Of a stretch of DNA of 51,631 nucleotides, positions 18,950 to 27,034 are shown one piece after another. Source of the DNA: Candidatus Harrisonbacteria bacterium (GTDB lineage: Bacteria > Patescibacteriota > Minisyncoccia > UBA6257 > UBA11618); contig JAHFLN010000003.1 in assembly GCA_023244835.1 (NCBI GenBank), positions 1 to 51,631 of the forward strand, written 5' to 3'. The notes beneath the pieces were generated by a model. That model saw nothing but the letters and a program-made list of their open reading frames with translations. It was not told the origin of the DNA and did no database searches. Both the position numbers and the translations under genes were made by a program. How positions within the stretch are numbered: position 1 is the stretch's first letter; each line of letters begins with the position of its first letter.

Positions 18950-19405
18950 ATGAAGGCGAAAGGAAGATGGGTGCTCGTCCTTGCGCTCGGGATGCTGTCC
19001 TGTATGGCCAGTCTCTCGGGGGCTGAGGCAACGCCCGGTCCAAGTAAAAGGCTTATTGCCTGCTTGGTGCGGGTGGAGTCAGGTGGAGATCTGAACGCCA
19101 TCGGCGACAAGAATCTGAAAGACAAGGCCTATGGCCCCTTGCAGATTCGGAAGCCGGCATGCGATGACGTGAATCGAAAGTTTGGAAAGCGGTATGCGCC
19201 CGAACAGTGCCTCGGGAACCTGGAGATCTCGACCGAGATCTTTAATTTGTACATGAAGATGTACGCCACGAAAGCTCGGCTGGGGCATGTTCCGACCGAT
19301 GAGGATTGTGCCCGTATTTGGAACGGGGGTCCGAACGGCTGGAAAAAGCCCTCAACCGAGGCATACTGGCAAAAGGCTCTGAAGGAGGATTCGAAGCGTT
19401 CGTAG
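18950..19405 (+). CDS. Secreted invertebrate-type (destabilase-like) lysozyme
   Basis: Signal peptide, VESGG, GPLQI and ARIWNGGPNGWKK.ST..YW motifs; TTGACA promoter at 18846 and terminator ~19438-19465. Confidence 0.8.
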   Translation: MKAKGRWVLVLALGMLSCMASLSGAEATPGPSKRLIACLVRVESGGDLNAIGDKNLKDKAYGPLQIRKPACDDVNRKFGKRYAPEQCLGNLEISTEIFNLYMKMYATKARLGHVPTDEDCARIWNGGPNGWKKPSTEAYWQKALKEDSKRS

Positions 19406-19527
19406 CACGTCTCGCATGCGCTTAAATGAGTATGCGCGCCGCCCCGGCAACGGGGCGGTTTTCATTTAACAAAACCCCCGCCGACGGATCGGCGGAGGTT
19501 TATTTCGATGCGTAACTTGGTGGTGGC

Positions 19528-19905
19528 TTATATCCTTTGGCGAATTCTCCGTACTTCTTGGTCGTATTCGGCGAGGATGGGCCGAGTGATCATGTCTCGG
19601 GTCTCCTGGTCGATGGGGTGAACGACGTCTCTGTGCCGTCGTGCCGGGTCCCATTCGGGGAGATCGGGCGGAAATGGCGCGGCGCATTGGTTGCAGAACT
19701 TCGCATTATACGGGTTCTGCGCCCTGCACTGCGGGCAGTGGTTGCCCGATTGCCTGTTAGGCATCGCGATATGCATGCCGCGGGGCGTCCGGATGATCCG
19801 GAGATCATTCACCGCCAAGCAGTTATCGAGCGTGATCGAACAAAAAGCGAGAAGGTTCGGGGGGCCGCTCCACGGAATAGTGGTGCGGACTTCGGTGATT
19901 ACCAC
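19528..19905 (-). CDS. spoVG: SpoVG-family protein with CxxC...CxxC zinc-ribbon insert
   Basis: ITEVR, AFCSITLD, DLRII, IAMP.R and RDVVHPI..ETR motifs; SD GGAG before GTG 19905. Confidence 0.85.
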   Translation of the reverse strand: MVITEVRTTIPWSGPPNLLAFCSITLDNCLAVNDLRIIRTPRGMHIAMPNRQSGNHCPQCRAQNPYNAKFCNQCAAPFPPDLPEWDPARRHRDVVHPIDQETRDMITRPILAEYDQEVRRIRQRI

Positions 19906-20086
19906 GATGAAGTCTCCGTCAAGGGTGTGATGAGGAAAAGGATCCGTATACAGTATATATCCGGCCCCAATAGGCAACAAATCACGCGGAACGAGAATCT
20001 TGCCGGAATAGAGGCGAAAAGGATACAATAGCCGAGTTGTTTCATGGGTCTTACGTTCTTTCTCTAAAATAGGAAGGAGGTGGCAT

Positions 20087-20515
20087 ATGAGCCTGCCCGA
20101 AGTGACGCCGGACATGCTCCGGATGTTGGGGCCGCGGATAATTCTCGAGGAAGTCGCAAAAATGATAGCGGCAGACAAGGGGTATGCCGGCGTTTCACTC
20201 GAATGCGGAGCTCGGGGCATCGTCTCGGTTAGCTATGACCATAGAGGAGCGGGCATGGGTCAGCCGCAGGAATACGATCGCGCGGCGTGGGCGGAGATAT
20301 GTCTTGCGATGCGCCTCGCGGGCATCAAGGCATGCCGTCACGGATTTGAAAATCTCGTCAGGTTATCCGAAGGGTGCGGATTCAATACGACGCGCTGGAC
20401 GATCTATCCGAACGCATTTGGAGAGGATTCGTTTCGGAAGCTGGGAATGCTTCTATATCGTGTCGACGAAGCCATGAAAGGCCTGTATGCGTCGCGTCTC
20501 GACATTCTCGAGTAG
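20087..20515 (+). CDS. Hypothetical protein
   Basis: TTGCCG-18-TACAAT (20000-20029), SD AAGGAGG, long hairpin terminator ~20552-20592. Confidence 0.65.
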   Translation: MSLPEVTPDMLRMLGPRIILEEVAKMIAADKGYAGVSLECGARGIVSVSYDHRGAGMGQPQEYDRAAWAEICLAMRLAGIKACRHGFENLVRLSEGCGFNTTRWTIYPNAFGEDSFRKLGMLLYRVDEAMKGLYASRLDILE

Positions 20516-20686
20516 AGATCGGACGTATATGACGCGCTGTGGCATAAGGCGGCCCCGTTCGCCTGTCCTGCGGGATGGGTGACGGGGCTTTTATACTGCC
20601 TCGTTGCGAATGTCGTGTGGTTTCGCGTATGCTGTACGGAGCAATTTCGGGAAAATTCAATCCATTTCGAGAAGGCAGGTGACTGA

Positions 20687-21307
20687 ATGGCGAGAACCAA
20701 AGCAGTAGTAAAGAGGGTGAGGGGAGCAAGGAAGGCGAGGCGGATAAACGTGGCAATCGCGGGCGGCCCCTGTACGGGCAAATCGACGACCGCCGCGTTC
20801 CTGTTCGCGCATCTGAAGGAGCTCGGATACGATGTCGATCTCGTTCCCGAAGAGAGTCGGAAACTGAAAAGGGAATTCGGCCGATGCCGGTCGGTCTTCG
20901 ACCGGTTCTATCTCTGGCTCCAGCAGGAGCGCGAAGAGCTCCGATCGACCGCGGTGCACGGGTTCATAACCGACGCCCCGCTTTTCCAGTACTACGCGCA
21001 GGCGCGCATGTGGGGGAGGGGGAAAAGGGACATGCTCGCGGTGAGAGAGCTCTTCCGGCAGTCCTTGCGGCTCGACGATCGCTATCAGCTCATCGTGATG
21101 GCGGAGGATCCGAATGAGATTCCGTACAAGACGGATCGTGCCCGATCGGGGAAGAAGAAGGATGCGCGCGAGCGTCATCGGATACTCCGTACGTTCGTGG
21201 AGCATCAATGGAATGGTAAATTGCTCCTGGTTCACGGAACCGTTGCGGAGCGTGTCGAGCAGATAATGAGGCGTCTGCGGGCGATGGGCCTGTCCCGGCG
21301 CGCATAG
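20687..21307 (+). CDS. AAA_28/NadR-Ttd14-like P-loop ATPase or kinase
   Basis: GGPCTGKST, V.E..R and ITD.P motifs; TTGCGA-18-TATGCT promoter; terminator 21338-21369. Confidence 0.82.
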   Translation: MARTKAVVKRVRGARKARRINVAIAGGPCTGKSTTAAFLFAHLKELGYDVDLVPEESRKLKREFGRCRSVFDRFYLWLQQEREELRSTAVHGFITDAPLFQYYAQARMWGRGKRDMLAVRELFRQSLRLDDRYQLIVMAEDPNEIPYKTDRARSGKKKDARERHRILRTFVEHQWNGKLLLVHGTVAERVEQIMRRLRAMGLSRRA

Positions 21308-21443
21308 GCGCGAGAGGGATGTGTGTTGGTGTCATGGTGCCGCGGGAGCGATCCCGCGGCATTTTTTTTGATCATACGGGGAATGGGGATGTGGATAAGC
21401 GCGCATGCGCACAAGCTGGCATGATATGATGTTTATATACGAT

Positions 21444-22415
21444 ATGAACGCATCATGGACGCGATCGTTAGTAGTATTCGGAGCGTTATTTGCCGTCGTA
21501 TGCGTGCCCGCGGGACGTGCGCATGCGAATGAGTTCGATGACATGTTGCGCAACTTGCAGGAGCGGCTCAGAGTTTTTAATAGTGCGATTGGAGTATGGG
21601 AATCGACAAGGGAATTCGGTTTGAATGCCGCGCGGGATGCGGAAGAAAGCGCTCGGAATCCGAATGCGACGCCTGCGCAGCAGGCGGAGCTGTCGCGCAT
21701 CGCGCGCGACCTGCGCGCGGCGGCGAATGGGCATGCGGCGGACCTTCGGAATGCCAGAGATTCGGTGCAGCGGGTTACGGATGCATTAGGGCCTGTTCGC
21801 GATGCGCAGGCGGCGGAGCAACGAGCTCTCATGGCGGCGCAGGAGGTTATAAATCAGGAAGAACGGATAGCTGAGCTCACAAGGAATGGCGCGTCGGCTG
21901 AGCGTTTAAGGCCGCTTCGGAGCGCCCTTGCATCAATGCGCGCGGCGCTCGCGAGTCTCGAAACCGCCGCGCGTACTGCGGCGGCTAATGCGCGGGCGGT
22001 GTACCGGTCGGCCATGAATCCCGTTACGTGGATGGCGGCGCTTACCGCCGCCGGAGCGGCAATCACGAGGCTTGGTGCCAGGCTCGCGGCTTTATTGCGC
22101 ATTATTTTGCCATGGATTGCGCGGGGCGCGGCCGGAGTCGTGGGAGGGGCAATCGGGGCAATGAGCTTATGGGGTCAATATCAAAGAAAGATCGACGGAA
22201 TAATCATGGCGTGCGTTCAACTGCGTAATTGCCGGGATATGCAAAGAATGATGAGGGAGCGGGGTATGCCGGTTCCCGCATGCGCTCCGACCGAGCGTGA
22301 AATCCAGAATACGATTTTAGAATTAAGCCGGGATGCAGCAGCTCTTGCAGCCATATATAACGCGATACCGTTTCTTGATGATATAACGCCTCCCATTCCG
22401 CGGTGTGCGCCTTAA
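21444..22415 (+). CDS. Secreted Ala/Arg-rich coiled-coil protein with hydrophobic Gly-rich hairpin
   Basis: Signal peptide ending AHA, long helical region, hydrophobic segment LAALLRIILPWIARGAAGVVGGAIGAMSLWG. Confidence 0.65.
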   Translation: MNASWTRSLVVFGALFAVVCVPAGRAHANEFDDMLRNLQERLRVFNSAIGVWESTREFGLNAARDAEESARNPNATPAQQAELSRIARDLRAAANGHAADLRNARDSVQRVTDALGPVRDAQAAEQRALMAAQEVINQEERIAELTRNGASAERLRPLRSALASMRAALASLETAARTAAANARAVYRSAMNPVTWMAALTAAGAAITRLGARLAALLRIILPWIARGAAGVVGGAIGAMSLWGQYQRKIDGIIMACVQLRNCRDMQRMMRERGMPVPACAPTEREIQNTILELSRDAAALAAIYNAIPFLDDITPPIPRCAP

Positions 22416-22434
22416 GGTTGGAATAGCAAAGAGG

Positions 22435-23019
22435 TTAGTGCCCGGCCGATTGCCAGATTTTAATCGCCTCTACGGGGTAGGCGAGCATAATCACGTTTAA
22501 TGTCAGATTGTCCCGCACCCATATAAGGCAGCCGATTTCCATTACGAGTATGAGGATTATGCTGGTGCGAATAGTGAAAAGCCGGGCTATGCCGAATCCG
22601 ATCGCGGCCATCATGACATCCGCGAGGGAATTTAAAACGCTGTCGCCCGCATAACCCAGGGCGATCGTCGCTTCGCGATAGCGGTTGATGATAAGCGGGG
22701 AGTTTTCGAGGATTTCCCATACGGCTTCAATCGCGAGGGAAAGAAGGAAACGGTAGCGAAGGGGTATTGTCCGGGCGACGAACCATAGGAATGCGTAGAA
22801 GATGACCCCGTGGATGATATGGGAAAAGGAATAGGCGTCGAGGACGCGTTGGGAGTTTTCGCCGCTCCATATGTCGCTTTCCCACCAGCCGAACATGCCA
22901 TCCGGGCCGAGCGGCAGGCGGCCGGCATGAAGCTCGAGCGTGGCGACCGTGATAATAATGGCGATCGTGCCTATAATCACGAGCGTATAACGTTTAAAAA
23001 AACGAATGGCGGATATCAT
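22435..23019 (-). CDS. DUF2585-family membrane protein
   Basis: NSQ..D.YSFSHIIHG, WEILENSP.II.RYR, GY.GDS..NS and RDNLTLN motifs. Confidence 0.9.
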   Translation of the reverse strand: MISAIRFFKRYTLVIIGTIAIIITVATLELHAGRLPLGPDGMFGWWESDIWSGENSQRVLDAYSFSHIIHGVIFYAFLWFVARTIPLRYRFLLSLAIEAVWEILENSPLIINRYREATIALGYAGDSVLNSLADVMMAAIGFGIARLFTIRTSIILILVMEIGCLIWVRDNLTLNVIMLAYPVEAIKIWQSAGH

Positions 23020-23084
23020 GTCGTAAGTATATGCCGATTACGGGCTTGATGGAGATCGGACGGGGGCGGTATTATGGAAAGACT

Positions 23085-23477
23085 ATGAATAGAATAATGC
23101 ATTTTGAGATACAGGCGGAAAATCCGGAGCGGGCGATGGTTTTCTATGCGAGCGTGCTCGGATGGAGGTTCGAAAAGTGGGGCGACCATGACTATTGGAT
23201 GATTATGACGGCGGAAAAGGATAGTAAGGATCCGGGTATTAATGGCGGGCTTATGCCGCGCCCGGGAAAGACGCCGCCTGAAGGCTGCGGGACGAACGGA
23301 TACGTATGTACCGCAGTCGTCGCGGATTTCGAAGCGACGGCATCAAAGGTCATAGCGTCCGGCGGAAAGGTTGCGATGCCTAAGTTCGCGATCCCAGGCA
23401 TGGCGTGGCAGGGATATTTTCTGGATACCGAGGGAAACACGTTTGGCATCCACGAGCCGGATACGAACGCGAAGTAA
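23085..23477 (+). CDS. VOC/glyoxalase-family protein
   Basis: HFEI.A..PERA..FY, GINGG and DTEGN.FG motifs. Confidence 0.92.
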   Translation: MNRIMHFEIQAENPERAMVFYASVLGWRFEKWGDHDYWMIMTAEKDSKDPGINGGLMPRPGKTPPEGCGTNGYVCTAVVADFEATASKVIASGGKVAMPKFAIPGMAWQGYFLDTEGNTFGIHEPDTNAK

Positions 23478-23608
23478 GGTCGCGCGAAAACCGCCCCATC
23501 ATTCGATAGGGCGGCTTCGTCCGGTTTTATGCGGTATGCGCGGCCTATTTATTCGAGCGTTTTAAACGTCGCGGGAACCGATCTTTGTCCGGATGTATCC
23601 GGCGGGAA

Positions 23609-24301
23609 TCAGAACCAGATGTTCGTGTCGCGTACGACGGTCGCGTCGATCGTCGAGGAGGAGTTCATCGCGCCGTATATCCTCACGGTATCCCCGATCG
23701 CGAAGCGCGCGAGCGTGGTTTTCGCCCATAAGCGGGTTAGTACGGAGGTATCGGCGGCGATCATGACCGTGCGATCGACCGAGCCGATCGTGACGGTGAG
23801 CGTGGTCGGCACGGTCGTGCTCGCCACGGTTTTCAAGGTGCCCTCGAAGGTCGTCTGCGCGTCTTTCCTATCAAGGGACAGGTCGGTCGCCGAAGCGGCC
23901 TTGACCGCGAGCGGATTTATTCCGATAAGCGTTCCGTCGAAATCGATCTGGTCGCCTACTCTCACGTCCCCGATACGGATCGCGCCTTCCCCCCGTGCGC
24001 GTAGCTTCGTAGATGCGTCGGTTTGGACGGTCCAGGGAACGGATATGCCGCCTAACGAGCTCACGGCATAGATCGTCATCCCGGAAATACCGGTGACATC
24101 CGCGCTGCGGACAAATGTCTTTCCATTCTCGCCGATGCGAACGGATACGGCATTCGGCTGCGGAACGGGCCTCTGCGCGGTGACAAAGGGCCTCGTTTCT
24201 GTTTTTTCGCGCCCTTTATTTTCGGGCTTAGCGGACGCGATGCCGGCGGCCATGACAGATGCCATGATCCCGGCGGCAATTCTTTTCAGTGGTGTGTTCA
24301 T
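23609..24301 (-). CDS. Secreted DUF5666-like repeat beta protein
   Basis: Signal peptide; two repeats with T...T.....IGD.V.I.G pattern; divergent from the ECF sigma gene. Confidence 0.72.
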   Translation of the reverse strand: MNTPLKRIAAGIMASVMAAGIASAKPENKGREKTETRPFVTAQRPVPQPNAVSVRIGENGKTFVRSADVTGISGMTIYAVSSLGGISVPWTVQTDASTKLRARGEGAIRIGDVRVGDQIDFDGTLIGINPLAVKAASATDLSLDRKDAQTTFEGTLKTVASTTVPTTLTVTIGSVDRTVMIAADTSVLTRLWAKTTLARFAIGDTVRIYGAMNSSSTIDATVVRDTNIWF

Positions 24302-24346
24302 AGTGGTAGTATGGTGATTGACATAGCCGACCTTTCTAGCATATAT

Positions 24347-24371
24347 GACGCTCATGCCGGGAGCATCTTAC
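24347..24371 (-). promoter_or_regulatory. ECF-type promoter for the DUF5666-like gene
   Basis: GTAAG-N16-CGTC on the minus strand. Confidence 0.65.
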
Positions 24372-24399
24372 GTCTGGAGTGGGAAGTCTCCCGCTTTCG

Positions 24400-24425
24400 G
24401 TCAGAAAAAGCATTATAAAACGTCT
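24400..24425 (+). promoter_or_regulatory. ECF-type autoregulatory promoter
   Basis: GTCAG-N16-CGTCT ending 7 nt before ATG 24433. Confidence 0.6.
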
Positions 24426-24432
24426 CCATACT

Positions 24433-24972
24433 ATGGCTGACAGTGAAAAACAATCGCCGGGAACGGAAGGCGCGTTCCTTGAGGCGTATGATCGGTATGC
24501 CGATGCTATCTTCCGGCACTGTTATTTCAGGGTATCCGATCGCGATAGGGCTAAGGAGCTCGTGCAGGATACGTTCATGCGCGCGTGGGAATACATGGCG
24601 TCGGGCAGGGAGGCTATAGGAAATATCCGGGCGCTTCTCTACCGCATCGCGCATAACCTCATAATCGACGAATATCGCCGAAAGAAAGCGGATTCTCTGG
24701 AGGTTATGATGGAAGACGGGTTGTTTCAGCCGGCCGATGCGCAGGCTGCGGCAGTTCCCGGAGCGCTCGAGGCGCGCATGGCCGTGGATCGACTTATCGC
24801 CGGTCTCGGCGAATCGGATAAGAAGCTGATCTTTATGCGGTATATGGAAGATCTCTCGCCGGGAGATATCGGCGCGATTCTCGGGGAATCGGAAAACGCC
24901 ATTTCGGTGCGTATCCATAGGGCGATGAAAAAGATACGCGCCGGGAACGGGAAAGAAGAAATGAAACCATGA
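24433..24972 (+). CDS. ECF RNA polymerase sigma factor
   Basis: Region 2 (AKELVQDTFMRAW, LYRIAHNLIIDEYR) and region 4 (IG.ILG.SEN.ISVRIHRA). Confidence 0.93.
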   Translation: MADSEKQSPGTEGAFLEAYDRYADAIFRHCYFRVSDRDRAKELVQDTFMRAWEYMASGREAIGNIRALLYRIAHNLIIDEYRRKKADSLEVMMEDGLFQPADAQAAAVPGALEARMAVDRLIAGLGESDKKLIFMRYMEDLSPGDIGAILGESENAISVRIHRAMKKIRAGNGKEEMKP

Positions 24973-26111
24973 AAGAAAACGATATTTTTGAAAAATTCGC
25001 GGCCGCAAGGCAGGCTGACCATAGGCTTCACGAGGAGGAAAAAAGCCGCATGCGCCGTCACCTGCGGGCGTTTATGACGCTTAATCCGGTAAGGGAAGCG
25101 GGCTCGGTCCGTCTTCTGTTGCGAAGGTTGAATATAACGAAACTAATTATAATCAAAGATATGGCTATTGCGCTTCTAATCGTACTGATGGTGGGAGGAG
25201 GAACGTCATTCGCGGCGCAGGACGCGCTACCGGGAGATATATTGTATCCGGTGAAAATCGGGATTAACGAGGAGGTTCATGCGGCGTTGGCCTTTTCGGC
25301 CGAGGCCGATGCGCGCTGGGAGGTAGAGCGCGCGAGCCGCAGGCTCGAGGAGGCGGAGCAGCTCGCTATGAGGAATCGACTCGATGCGCAGGCAGAGGCG
25401 GCCGTCGCGGCGAGGTTCGAGAGGCATGCCGATCGGGCGCGGGAGATTGCTTCGTCGGAAAAGATGAAGAAGAAAGGAAGCGTTGTCGCGGCGAAGTTCG
25501 ATGCGGATTTTGAGGCATCGCTGCGCGGCCATGAGAAGGTGCTCGCGGAGATCGCGGCGAAGGGTAATGTGTCGGGATCCTCGGCGCTGAATCTTGTCAC
25601 AATCGTGAGGATGAGGGGGGATAGGGCGGCCGAAGCGCGCGTCGGAGCCGAGGCCGACGTGCGCGCTGAAGCGAGGGCAAAGGAAGACGCGGAGGCGTCT
25701 CTTGAGGCCGGCACTGATACGAAAGCCGCAGCGGAAGGGAAACGTGGAGCGTTTAAGAATAAGATTGCGGAAGTCAGAGCGTTCATGGGTCATATATCAG
25801 CATCGACTGAAACGCGTGTAGAGGCTGAAGCCCGCCTCGCCGCTGCCGAAAAGCTGGCGGCAGAGGGTTCGGTGAAATTGGAGGCGGGCGCCTATGCCGA
25901 TGCGTTCGCGGCGTTCAAAGCCGCATTCGAAGCTGCGCAGGAAGCAAAAGCATTTCTTGTAACGGATACGCAATTGAAGACTGGTGTCGAAACTAATGTG
26001 CGTGAAGGTATAGATGTGGATGCCGGTATTGGCACGGGTACTGCTACGGGAAGGAAAACAAAGGGAAGTGAGGGTCTTCAGGGAGGCGTAAAGTTAAAAC
26101 TAGGTCTTTGA
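24969..26111 (+). CDS. DUF5667-domain membrane protein, putative anti-sigma factor
   Basis: ATGA overlap with the sigma gene; TM helix followed by ALPGDILYPVK and RRLEEAEQL. Confidence 0.85.
   Translation: MKENDIFEKFAAARQADHRLHEEEKSRMRRHLRAFMTLNPVREAGSVRLLLRRLNITKLIIIKDMAIALLIVLMVGGGTSFAAQDALPGDILYPVKIGINEEVHAALAFSAEADARWEVERASRRLEEAEQLAMRNRLDAQAEAAVAARFERHADRAREIASSEKMKKKGSVVAAKFDADFEASLRGHEKVLAEIAAKGNVSGSSALNLVTIVRMRGDRAAEARVGAEADVRAEARAKEDAEASLEAGTDTKAAAEGKRGAFKNKIAEVRAFMGHISASTETRVEAEARLAAAEKLAAEGSVKLEAGAYADAFAAFKAAFEAAQEAKAFLVTDTQLKTGVETNVREGIDVDAGIGTGTATGRKTKGSEGLQGGVKLKLGL
25089..25114 (+). promoter_or_regulatory. Internal ECF-type promoter within the DUF5667 gene
   Basis: GTAAG-N16-CGTCT upstream of in-frame ATG 25161. 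Confidence 0.55.
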
Positions 26112-26194
26112 TCGCGACTCGGAGTGTTATCCACAAGAGATATTGACGGGTGTGCGGAAAGCGTCACTATGATAGTAACGCGTGCCGTAATTAT

Positions 26195-26992
26195 ATGAAG
26201 CCGATTTTTTCAAGGAGGTGTTATACGATAGCGCTATCCATGGCATGTATTGGCGCATTTGCGTCAGTTGTATATGCCAGTCATTCATGGGGCGAATATC
26301 ACTGGGCACGTACGGGTAATCCGTTCGTTCTAAAGGTAGGGAAAAACGTCTCTGTGGCGTGGGGTTCTCATCTTGCGACTGCGGCGGATAATTGGAGCGC
26401 GTCAGAGGTTCTCGATGCGACTGTTGTTCCGGGTCAGACGAATCCGAAGAATTGCCGTGCTGTAAACGGTCGCGTTGAGGTGTGTGACAGCAAGTATGGA
26501 AATACCGGCTGGCTGGGAATTGCTCAGGTATGGGTAAGTGGAAGTCATATTACGCAAGGAACGGTAAAGCTCAATAACACGTATTTTAATACGGGGAAAT
26601 ATAATACGCCGGCATGGCGGCAATTCGTGATGTGCCAGGAAGTCGGGCATACGTTCGGATTGGATCACCAAGATGAAGTATTCGATAATCAGAATTTGGG
26701 AACATGTATGGACTACACCAATGATCCGGATGGGGCGGTGAAAGGGCAAATAGGGAATCTCGTTCCAAATACGCATGATTTTGAAGAGCTTGCGGCTATA
26801 TACGGACACAATGACGCATCGGGAATTTTGTCTGCCGGGACAGACGCGGCTTCCGGAGCGGAGATCGGTTTAGATAATCCGGCAGAATGGGGAAAGGAGG
26901 TTAGAAAAGCATCTGATGGCCGGGGTTCCGCGTATCACCGCGACATAGGGCACGGAAAAGGGGTGTTCACGTTCGTTATTTGGGCTCAGTAA
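26195..26992 (+). CDS. Secreted zincin-like (metzincin-type) metallopeptidase homolog
   Basis: Signal peptide, QEVGHTFGLDH and TCMDY Met-turn. Confidence 0.78.
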   Translation: MKPIFSRRCYTIALSMACIGAFASVVYASHSWGEYHWARTGNPFVLKVGKNVSVAWGSHLATAADNWSASEVLDATVVPGQTNPKNCRAVNGRVEVCDSKYGNTGWLGIAQVWVSGSHITQGTVKLNNTYFNTGKYNTPAWRQFVMCQEVGHTFGLDHQDEVFDNQNLGTCMDYTNDPDGAVKGQIGNLVPNTHDFEELAAIYGHNDASGILSAGTDAASGAEIGLDNPAEWGKEVRKASDGRGSAYHRDIGHGKGVFTFVIWAQ

Positions 26993-27034
26993 GGGCTATT
27001 GGACAATATCATAGCGGCGTACTAGGGTAGGGGT

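Noticed and set aside
15321-21307. Prophage
   Set aside because: Lysozyme, kinases and a phage-like domain occur, but the genes alternate strands as separate units among cellular genes, with no structural, terminase or integrase genes.
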